Origin: Acidobacteriota bacterium
Lineage (GTDB): Bacteria; Acidobacteriota; Thermoanaerobaculia; Gp7-AA8
Assembly (NCBI GenBank): GCA_016184115.1
Contig: JACPDH010000050.1
Location: 1,701 to 65,700 of the forward strand
Reading direction: 5' to 3'
DNA length: 64,000 nt
Below the pieces are notes generated by a model. That model did no database searches, was not told the origin of the DNA, and saw only the letters and a list, made by a program, of their open reading frames with translations. This document shows positions 18,499-26,391 of this stretch, in pieces; the stretch's first letter is position 1; every line of letters begins with the position of its first letter. A program made the translations under genes and the position numbers.

Positions 18499-18972
18499 GT
18501 GACTGCTCTTTTTACGACGATTGAGGGAGATACGGCGGCGGAAGGACTCCGCGTCGCCGTGGTCGCGAGCCGCTTCAACGACGAGATCGTCTCCGCGCTG
18601 CTCGACGGGGCGGCCGACTGTCTTGCCCGGCACGGGGCGAAAACGGACGACGTGACGATCTATCGCGTGCCGGGAGCATTCGAGATCCCGCAGGCGGTGT
18701 CAAGAATCGGCCGTAAGGGAGAGCTCGATGCAGTGGTCACGCTCGGCGCACTGGTGCGCGGCGAGACGCCTCACTTCGAGCTCATCTCGGCCCAGGTCAC
18801 GGACGAGCTGTCGCGCGTCGCGCGCGAGCTCGGGATTCCGGTCGCGTTCGGCGTGATCACCTGCAACACCATGGAGCAGGCGGTTGCGAGAACGCAAAAG
18901 GGAAGCAACAAGGGCTGGGAAGCGGCGCTCGCCGCCATTGAGATGGCGAACCTCTACCGCAGGCTGGCTTAG
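18499..18972 (+). CDS. ribH: 6,7-dimethyl-8-ribityllumazine synthase
   Basis: VVASRFNDEI...VPGAFEIP...LGALVRGETPHFE. Confidence 0.9.
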   Translation: MTALFTTIEGDTAAEGLRVAVVASRFNDEIVSALLDGAADCLARHGAKTDDVTIYRVPGAFEIPQAVSRIGRKGELDAVVTLGALVRGETPHFELISAQVTDELSRVARELGIPVAFGVITCNTMEQAVARTQKGSNKGWEAALAAIEMANLYRRLA

Positions 18973-18989
18973 GGAGCGGGAGATTCGAC

Positions 18990-19400
18990 ATGGGTGCCCG
19001 ACGCAAGGCAAGAGAGCTCGCTCTGCAAATGCTCTTCCAGCACGATGTTGCTGGCAACGATCCCGATGAGATCATCGAGACGTTCGAGGATATTCAGCGC
19101 GTTCGACCGAACATCCGCGAGTTTGCGATTCGGGTCTTTCGCGGCACGCTCGAGAAGCAGGCCGAAATCGACACGATCGTCGTCGAGCAAACCGAGAACT
19201 GGCGAATCGAACGTATGCCCGTCGTCGATCGCAATCTGATCCGGATGGCGATCTACGAGATGAAGTACCTCGACGACACGCCGAAGCTCGTCATCCTCGA
19301 CGAGGCGATCGAGATCGCGAAGCGATTCGGAACGAACAAGTCGTCGCAGTTCATCAACGGAATACTCGACGGCGTCTTGAAACGCTACAATCTGGTCTGA
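18990..19400 (+). CDS. nusB: transcription antitermination factor NusB
   Basis: RRKARELALQMLFQ...VDRNLIRMAIYE...FINGILD, in the conserved ribH-nusB order. Confidence 0.9.
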   Translation: MGARRKARELALQMLFQHDVAGNDPDEIIETFEDIQRVRPNIREFAIRVFRGTLEKQAEIDTIVVEQTENWRIERMPVVDRNLIRMAIYEMKYLDDTPKLVILDEAIEIAKRFGTNKSSQFINGILDGVLKRYNLV

Positions 19401-19478
19401 ACCAGCGGCCGACCGGCGGCCGGCGCGGAGGAGCCGCGTCCCCGCGGGTGCCGCGTTCGCGCGTGTGAGGAGAGACCG

Positions 19479-21434
19479 TTGAGCCTTCTGGGGCGTCTCG
19501 AAGATCTGTCCCTGACAGACATCGTTCAGATCGTTTTCCTCAGCAGGAGAACGGGCGTCCTCGAGATCATCGATTCTCGCGGCCGTCATTCGGTGATGTT
19601 CCAGCAAGGGCTCATCGTCAACGCGACCTCGCCGAAGACTCCCGACCTCGGCGCCTATCTGCTCGCATGCGGCATGGTCGATGCCGCCACGCTTCAGACG
19701 ATGAAGCAGGCCGAGGATTCAGGAATCCCCCTTGGCACCGCGGTCATCGACATGAATGTCGTGACGGTCGACGCCTTGTCGGACGCGATCCGGCTCCACG
19801 TCCTCGATGTGATGACGCCCCTTCTCTCGAGTCGCGATGGCGAATTCAACTTCATCCTGAGTGAATCGCTCACGGCACTCGACATCGAGTACGAGCCTCA
19901 GCGCATCTTCAAGGAAGGGGGAATCGCTCCGGCGAGAATCCTGGGAGAAGGCGAGAAGCTCAAGCCGTTGAAAGGTCTCGAAGACTCGATGCGCGCCGGC
20001 AAGGAGCTGCTTCGCGGCAACGTGGCGCAGACGACTCCACCAGGCCGTCTCGACCTCACGATGACCGAGGCGCCCCCCGCCCCCAGGTTTGCTCCGCTGC
20101 CGCCGTCGCCGATGGAGCCGCCCGACCTTTCGGAGAACGAGCTGGCCTCGATCGACGACGAGCCGTTCGACCTCGGGCTCGACGCCGCGCTCGAGGCGAT
20201 GGCGCCAACGCCAGGAACGCGTGGCGCGGAGCCGGCTGCTGCTCCTCTCGAGTCTCTCGTCGACTCGGTGCTCGAGCCTCCAGTCACTCCCGAGCCTCCC
20301 GTCGCGGAACTGCCGGCCGACGCAAGGCCTGTTGATTCCTTACCCGCGTCGCACCCTGACGTCGTAGCGCCGAGAGGACCAGCGACCGAGTTTCGAATCA
20401 CCGAGCAGCCACCGATCCAGGACATGGAGCGCGTCGTCGTTCTCTATCAGCAGGACCCGCTGCTCCGCGTCTCGGCACGACGAGCCTTTACCCGGCGCGG
20501 AATGACGACTGCACAGTACGGGGCGATGGAGGATGCCCGCGACGAAGTCGTCGAGCTCTTGAAGAAGAATCGATTCTTCGTGACGTTTCTCGATCTGGGC
20601 CCGCCATCGGGAGGTGGCACTGGTGAGGTGTTGCAGCTGCTCGCGCAGGTCAAAAGGCGGAATCACCGGCTCCCGGTCGTGGTGATCGACCGCGTGGCCG
20701 ATCTCCGCCGCCGTCACGATCTGCTCAAGAGCGGCGCCGACCTCTACCTCACGAAGCCTGCCGAAGGACATCTTCAGCCCGGCATGGTCGAGGAACAGCT
20801 CGCACTCTTCGCCGACGAGCTCGTGCTGTTCGCACAACGCGCCTTCGCCGAGCAGATCGAAGCAGGGGGAGGCGATCCCGATGCGTCGTACCAGATCTCG
20901 GCGCAGGAGAAGAGCGAGCGGAATTCGCAGGTCCTCATGCAGCTGATCAATGAGCTGAGCGACCCGAACGATATCAGCCAGGTGTCGCAGACGATCTTGC
21001 GGCTGACCGGACAGTACCTGGAGCGAGGAGCGATCTTCGCCTCCGCGATGGTGCAGTATGTCGGCATTGGAGGCTTTGGGCCGACAGGCGGTGCGGGCGA
21101 CATGAATGAGCGCGCCCGCGGCATCAAAGTGGGGCGCAACGAGCCCTCGGTGCTCAAAGACGTGACCGAATCGAGGAAGCCGCACCGCGGCAAGCTGCGG
21201 AAGACAGACGCGAACGTGAGGCTGATCGGCGGGCTCGGAACGCTCATGCCGAGCGAGGTGCTCGTTCTCCCGATCCTGAATAAGGACGAAGTGGTCGGTA
21301 TACTCTACGCGGACAACGCGTCGAACCGCGCGCCGATCGAAGAAGTCGCCGGGTTGGAGATTTTCCTTTCGCAGGCGGGGTTCGCGCTTCGGAACGCGAT
21401 GATCGCGAACCGGGGCCGTTACGGGCTCGAATGA
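19479..21434 (+). CDS. DUF4388-like N-domain / degenerate receiver / C-terminal GAF protein
   Basis: N-terminus LEDLSLTDIVQIVFLSRRTGVLEI (DUF4388-type) and a long Pro-rich linker. The receiver-like fold has QQD in place of the DD pair but retains FLDLG and LYLTKP. GAF-like C-terminus. TTG start with GAGGAG upstream. Confidence 0.65.
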   Translation: MSLLGRLEDLSLTDIVQIVFLSRRTGVLEIIDSRGRHSVMFQQGLIVNATSPKTPDLGAYLLACGMVDAATLQTMKQAEDSGIPLGTAVIDMNVVTVDALSDAIRLHVLDVMTPLLSSRDGEFNFILSESLTALDIEYEPQRIFKEGGIAPARILGEGEKLKPLKGLEDSMRAGKELLRGNVAQTTPPGRLDLTMTEAPPAPRFAPLPPSPMEPPDLSENELASIDDEPFDLGLDAALEAMAPTPGTRGAEPAAAPLESLVDSVLEPPVTPEPPVAELPADARPVDSLPASHPDVVAPRGPATEFRITEQPPIQDMERVVVLYQQDPLLRVSARRAFTRRGMTTAQYGAMEDARDEVVELLKKNRFFVTFLDLGPPSGGGTGEVLQLLAQVKRRNHRLPVVVIDRVADLRRRHDLLKSGADLYLTKPAEGHLQPGMVEEQLALFADELVLFAQRAFAEQIEAGGGDPDASYQISAQEKSERNSQVLMQLINELSDPNDISQVSQTILRLTGQYLERGAIFASAMVQYVGIGGFGPTGGAGDMNERARGIKVGRNEPSVLKDVTESRKPHRGKLRKTDANVRLIGGLGTLMPSEVLVLPILNKDEVVGILYADNASNRAPIEEVAGLEIFLSQAGFALRNAMIANRGRYGLE

Positions 21435-21444
21435 GGCGGACAGA

Positions 21445-21828
21445 ATGAAGATACTCGTTGTTGAGGATTCGCCCTCGATGCGCGCGTACGTGACGACGCT
21501 CGTGGAGAGCTTTCACGACGAGGAAGAGGTTGAGATCGTCGAGGCCTCGAGCGGCTTCGAGGCGCTCAAGGTTCTGCCTCACCACAAGCTCGACGCAATC
21601 CTCACCGACATCAACATGCCCGACATCAACGGGCTCGAGCTCGTCAGCTTCATCAAGAACCACCCGGGATACAAAGCGATCCCGATCCTCGTGATTTCCA
21701 CCGAGTCGAGTGAGGAAGACCGGAAGCGCGCGGAGGCGCTCGGCGCCGAAGAGTACCTCGTGAAGCCGTTCGCGCCGGAGGACCTGCTCGACAAACTGCG
21801 TCGGCTGCTCGGGAAACCGTCCGCATGA
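21445..21828 (+). CDS. cheY: CheY-like single-domain response regulator
   Basis: Canonical receiver residues: LVVEDS, ILTDINMPDINGLE, VISTE, YLVKP. Confidence 0.85.
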   Translation: MKILVVEDSPSMRAYVTTLVESFHDEEEVEIVEASSGFEALKVLPHHKLDAILTDINMPDINGLELVSFIKNHPGYKAIPILVISTESSEEDRKRAEALGAEEYLVKPFAPEDLLDKLRRLLGKPSA

Positions 21829-23852
21829 CGAAAGACGACGATCGCGTCAAAGAGGAGTTCACGTCCGAAGCCGAAGAGCTTCTCGACGCGCTGTCGAACG
21901 ACCTGGTCGAGTTCGAGTCGCAGGGACGGAACGTCCGGCCCGAGCTCGTCAACAAGATTTTCCGTGAGATCCACTCGCTGAAGGGTCTTGCCGGGATGCT
22001 CGGCTTCGTCCAGATCTCCGAGCTCTCACACAATCTCGAGGACATGCTCGACAAGCTCCGGATGGGGAAGGTCGAGATCTCGCGTGATCTTCTCGACCTC
22101 CTTTACGACGCGGTCGACAGTCTCAACCGCCTCGTCATCGCGATCCACGATCCCGCGATGGAGGCGCTCGTCGATGTGCCGAAGCTGACGAGCCGCATTC
22201 ATGCGCTCGTCTCGCAAAAGGCTCCCGAGCAGAAAGGCGATCCACTCGCCGGGCTCGAGATCGACGAACAGACGCGCAAGTCGCTGACCGAGTACGAGGA
22301 GCACCGACTCGTCGAGAACGTCAAGAGCGGTCGTGCGATCTATCTCGTCGAAGTCACATTCGACTTCAGCGATTTCGACGAGAAGCTTCGCGCGATTACG
22401 GCCGCGCTCAGCCCGTTAGGCGAGGTGATCTCGACGCTTCCCGCGATCGATTCGAGCGGCGGAAACGGAATCTCGTTCCGCCTCCTCTACGGCTCCGACG
22501 CCGACAAGGCCGCAGTGATCGACACCGCGGGGCGGGAGGCGAACGTCCGTTCACTCCGCACGGGAGCTTCCGCTGTCGCGCCGGCGGACGAAGCCGTCGT
22601 CGCCGAACCGGGCGCCGAAGAGGACTTCACACTTCGATCGATGTCGCGCACGGTTCGCGTCGACATCGGCAAACTCGATCACGTGATGAACATCGTCGGC
22701 GAGCTGATCATCGAGAAGAACCACCTCGAGGGCGTTACGCGCACGCTTCAGCTCCAGAACCAGAGGATGGTCTCGCACGAGCTCGTGAAGATCTCCCGCA
22801 ACTTCGACCGGAAACTCAACGAGCTGCAGAAGTCGGTGATCGAGACGCGCATGGTGCCGATCGGGCAGATCTACTCGAAACTCGGCCGCACGGTCCGCAA
22901 GGTAGCGCGCGAGCTCCGGAAGGAGATCGATCTCGTTCTTCGGGGCGAGGATACCGAGCTCGACAAGATGATGGTCGAGCAGCTGACCGATCCGCTGATG
23001 CACATCATCCGCAACGCGATCGATCACGGGATCGAGCCACCCGAGCAGCGCGTCGCCGCGGGCAAGCCTGCGACTGCACGCGTCGTGCTCAACGCCTACC
23101 AGAAGGGGAACTCGGTCGTCATCGACGTGATCGACGATGGGCGTGGCATCGATCCCGAGAAGGTCAAGCAGGTTGCAGTCAAGCGTGGCCTCATGCAGCC
23201 GAAAGAGCAGATCGACCTGCCGCGCGCCTGCGAGCTTCTCTTCACTCCGGGCTTCTCGACGGCGGCGGAAGTGAGTGAGATCTCGGGACGCGGCGTCGGC
23301 CTCGATGTTGTTCGAAAGAACCTGCAGGAGCTCAAAGGCTCGATCGACATCATCTCCGACATCGGTAAGGGGTCGACGTTTCGGATCATGCTGCCGATCA
23401 CGCTCGCGATCATCCAGGCGCTCGTCGTGCGCGCCGGTGATGAGAACTTCGCGATTCCACTCACGTCGGTCGAGGAGTCACTCCGGATCCGCGGGCGCGA
23501 GATCACCACGGTCGAGAGACGCGAAGTCTTCAGCCTCCGGAACTTCGCGCTGCCGCTGCTGCGGCTCTCCGACGCGTTTCAGGTGCGCGACGGACGAGAC
23601 ACGAGCTCACCCGACACCAAGTGGTTCATCGTCGTCACGCGAGCCGGCGAGCGTATGGTCGGCATCCTCGTCGATGCACTCGTGCGGCAGCAGGAGATCG
23701 TCATCAAATCGATCGGTGACCGTCTCAAGGCGATTCCCGGGATTGCGGGGGCGACCGAGATCGGTGAGAACGAGATCATCCTCGTGGTCGACGTCGGTTC
23801 ACTGATTGACAACTACGGGCCGACCGCACGGATGGCTCGAAGCGGTCGCTAG
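21825..23852 (+). CDS. cheA: chemotaxis-type histidine kinase CheA
   Basis: HPt FREIHSLKGLAGMLGF, dimerisation region, HATPase boxes (HIIRNAIDHG, DDGRGID, GRGVGLDVV, GKGSTF) and a C-terminal CheW-like domain. ATGA overlap with cheY. Confidence 0.9.
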   Translation: MTKDDDRVKEEFTSEAEELLDALSNDLVEFESQGRNVRPELVNKIFREIHSLKGLAGMLGFVQISELSHNLEDMLDKLRMGKVEISRDLLDLLYDAVDSLNRLVIAIHDPAMEALVDVPKLTSRIHALVSQKAPEQKGDPLAGLEIDEQTRKSLTEYEEHRLVENVKSGRAIYLVEVTFDFSDFDEKLRAITAALSPLGEVISTLPAIDSSGGNGISFRLLYGSDADKAAVIDTAGREANVRSLRTGASAVAPADEAVVAEPGAEEDFTLRSMSRTVRVDIGKLDHVMNIVGELIIEKNHLEGVTRTLQLQNQRMVSHELVKISRNFDRKLNELQKSVIETRMVPIGQIYSKLGRTVRKVARELRKEIDLVLRGEDTELDKMMVEQLTDPLMHIIRNAIDHGIEPPEQRVAAGKPATARVVLNAYQKGNSVVIDVIDDGRGIDPEKVKQVAVKRGLMQPKEQIDLPRACELLFTPGFSTAAEVSEISGRGVGLDVVRKNLQELKGSIDIISDIGKGSTFRIMLPITLAIIQALVVRAGDENFAIPLTSVEESLRIRGREITTVERREVFSLRNFALPLLRLSDAFQVRDGRDTSSPDTKWFIVVTRAGERMVGILVDALVRQQEIVIKSIGDRLKAIPGIAGATEIGENEIILVVDVGSLIDNYGPTARMARSGR

Positions 23853-23855
23853 ACG

Positions 23856-24668
23856 ATGTTTCGCGAATTCTTCGGCTTCCGTCACAAGCCGTTCGGCAAG
23901 ACGCCGAACCCGGCGTTCCTTTACGAAAGCCCACAACATCGGGAGGCGCTCGCGCGGTTGGAGTACGCCGTCGAGGAGAAGGAGCTCGCTCTTCTCTGTG
24001 GCGACGTCGGTTCGGGCAAGACGACGCTCTCCCGCGCGCTGATCGACCGGATCGGCGAGGCGCGCCCCGTCATTCTCATCGTCAATCCGGCGCTCTCGCC
24101 CGCGCAACTGCTGCGCTCGATCGCTTCAGGGTTCGGCCTCACGCCGAAGCATCATCGCGCCGACCTGCTCGACCAGCTCTACACGAAGCTCTTCGAGCTC
24201 TACGAGAGCGGGCGCGAGCCGGTGCTGATCATCGATGAAGCGCAATTGATTCCGACGAAAGCGACCTTCGAGGAGATTCGCCTGCTGACGAACTTCCAGC
24301 TCGACGACGACAATCTCCTCTCCATCGTCCTAATCGGACAGCCCGAGCTCAAAGAGCGTCTCGGCCACCGCGCCTATCGGGCGCTGCGGCAGCGCATCGG
24401 AATCCAGTACTCGCTCTCTCCTCTATCCGAGGAAGAGACGGTGCGCTACGTCCAGCATCGCCTTCAGGTGGCGGGCGGCGGCACAAATCCCTTTACCATA
24501 GATGCAATGTCGGCGATCCACCGCTACAGTGAGGGGATTCCCCGCGTCATCAACACGCTTGCGACAACCGCGTTACTCGACGCGTTTGGCGATGAGTCGG
24601 TTACGATCGATGGCGCGAGGATCGCGGCCGCCGCGCGCGAGCACGGCCTCGACGGGAGACAGCGCTGA
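23856..24668 (+). CDS. ExeA/GspA/MshM-like AAA+ (AAA_22-type) ATPase
   Basis: FGF...PF N-terminus, Walker A GDVGSGKTT, Walker B LIIDEAQ, QPEL and GIPRVIN motifs typical of ExeA-like ATPases. Starts 3 nt after the cheA stop, and its stop overlaps the cheW start (TGATG). Confidence 0.75.
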   Translation: MFREFFGFRHKPFGKTPNPAFLYESPQHREALARLEYAVEEKELALLCGDVGSGKTTLSRALIDRIGEARPVILIVNPALSPAQLLRSIASGFGLTPKHHRADLLDQLYTKLFELYESGREPVLIIDEAQLIPTKATFEEIRLLTNFQLDDDNLLSIVLIGQPELKERLGHRAYRALRQRIGIQYSLSPLSEEETVRYVQHRLQVAGGGTNPFTIDAMSAIHRYSEGIPRVINTLATTALLDAFGDESVTIDGARIAAAAREHGLDGRQR

Positions 24669-25537
24669 TGGTCGATCTCGTCAAGATTCGGAAGAAGGCG
24701 AAGAACGCGAAAGAGCCCGCGCCCGAGGTGGCCGAGGCTCCGCCTGTCGCAGTGGGCGCACAGCCTGCCGCGACGCCCGTGACTCCTCCCGCCGTCGCGC
24801 CGCCGTCACCCGACGAATCCGAGCCGGCGGCGACGATTGACGTTGAGCCTGCACCGCTCTCTCCCCCACAGCCGGCGCCCGCGTCGGCGAAACCGAAGAA
24901 GCAGCCGAAGGCCGCGCCGAAGGAGCAGGCACCCGTGCCGCCTCCGCGCGAGGAGTCCCCTCCGACACCGAGTCGGGCAGAAGCTCCTCTTCTCGAGCCC
25001 GAGGACGCAGGCGAAGACCGGCTCGTGAGGTTCAAGCGGCTCGCAGGGAAGCGGCGCAGTTGGGGAGCGGCTTCGAAGGCAGCGGGGCAGGAGGAGACGG
25101 CAGCAGCAGAAGGCGACCTCGAGCTGTTGCGCTTCCGCGTGGCGGGGGAAGACTACGCGGTCGACATCGACAAGATTGTCGAGATCGTGCCACCACGCGC
25201 CACGACACGAGTTCCGAACGCCGACGATGCGATCGTGGGCATCATGTCACTTCGCGGTACGATCGTCACGGTGATCGACTTGCGGCGAAAACTGGGCCAC
25301 CCGAGGGTCGATCTCGACACGCTGAAGGATGCAAGGATGATCGTCGTCGAGCGTGCCGGCGAGACCGCAGGCTTCCTCGTCGACAGGGTGTCTCGCGTCG
25401 TAAAGCTCGATCGCGGTCAGATCGAGAGCCACCCGGTCGTCAGCTCGCAGGAACAGAGCGAGTACGTCTCGGGCGTCTTCCAGTCGAATGACGGTTTGGT
25501 CATCCTCCTCGACATTGAGAGAATACTGGCAGGGTAG
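24668..25537 (+). CDS. cheW: CheW coupling protein with Pro/Ala-rich N-terminal extension
   Basis: The C-terminal ~150 aa is CheW-like (LLRFRVAGEDYAVDIDKIVEIV...SLRGTIVTVIDLRR...GLVILLDI). The N-terminal ~130 aa is low-complexity P/A/E-rich. Confidence 0.8.
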   Translation: MVDLVKIRKKAKNAKEPAPEVAEAPPVAVGAQPAATPVTPPAVAPPSPDESEPAATIDVEPAPLSPPQPAPASAKPKKQPKAAPKEQAPVPPPREESPPTPSRAEAPLLEPEDAGEDRLVRFKRLAGKRRSWGAASKAAGQEETAAAEGDLELLRFRVAGEDYAVDIDKIVEIVPPRATTRVPNADDAIVGIMSLRGTIVTVIDLRRKLGHPRVDLDTLKDARMIVVERAGETAGFLVDRVSRVVKLDRGQIESHPVVSSQEQSEYVSGVFQSNDGLVILLDIERILAG

Positions 25538-25550
25538 GCAACGCACCTTC

Positions 25551-26387
25551 ATGGAAATCACCTGCAAGCAGTGCTCGGCAACGTATCGAGTCAACGTGCA
25601 GCTGCCGCTGACCGGTCCGGTCAGGGTCGCATGTCCGTCGTGCGGGAAGCAGAAGACGTTGCGTCCGGTCGCCGCGGAGCCCGCCGGAGCGGGAAGTGCC
25701 GCGCCTGCGCCACGACCGTCCGGAAGGCGACGGAACGCGGTCATCGCGGACGAGCCACGACCGTTCCGCGAGTTCCTCGTTGCCGAGCTCAGCAAGCTCG
25801 GCTTCGAGCCTCACGTCTTCGAGACGGGCGACAAGGCACTCGAGCGCGTGCGCGAGACGGGCGCGGAGCTCGTGATCCTCAATGTCTACCTGCGTGGCAA
25901 GCTCGGCGTGGAGATCTCCGAAGAGATCAAGGCCGACCCTGATCTGAAGCACTCGAAGGTCGTGCTCATCGGCGCACTCTTCCGCGCAAACCGTTTCCGT
26001 GCGAATCCGACGAATCTCTACGGCGCCGACGAGTACATCGAGGAACAGATCCCGGCGGTCGAGTTTCACCGGATCGTTCGTAAGCTCTTCCCATCGGTGA
26101 GCGACCACGAGGAACCGGAACCTCGCGAGTACGACGAGGCGAAGCGCCTCGCGCGCCTGATCCTCTCCGACATCATCATTTACAACGCGGAGAAAGTAGA
26201 GCGCGGCATCCGCGAAGGTACCTTCTTCGAGCTTCTCCGCGCGGAGATCGAAGACGGTCGCAACTACTACGAGAGCCGTGTGCCTTTCAAGGTCCGCCAG
26301 CGCACCGAGTTCTTCCACGAGACGCTGCAGCATTTCGTCGAAATGAAGCGCGAGGAAGTACTCGGGCCGCGACGAGCGGAAGCGTGA
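25551..26387 (+). CDS. zinc-ribbon + degenerate (pseudo-)receiver protein
   Basis: MEITCKQCSATYRV...VACPSCGKQ zinc ribbon. The receiver-like fold has N at the phospho-Asp position (LVILNVYL) and no conserved KP. Conserved-looking helical C-terminus. Confidence 0.6.
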   Translation: MEITCKQCSATYRVNVQLPLTGPVRVACPSCGKQKTLRPVAAEPAGAGSAAPAPRPSGRRRNAVIADEPRPFREFLVAELSKLGFEPHVFETGDKALERVRETGAELVILNVYLRGKLGVEISEEIKADPDLKHSKVVLIGALFRANRFRANPTNLYGADEYIEEQIPAVEFHRIVRKLFPSVSDHEEPEPREYDEAKRLARLILSDIIIYNAEKVERGIREGTFFELLRAEIEDGRNYYESRVPFKVRQRTEFFHETLQHFVEMKREEVLGPRRAEA

Positions 26388-26391
26388 CGCG

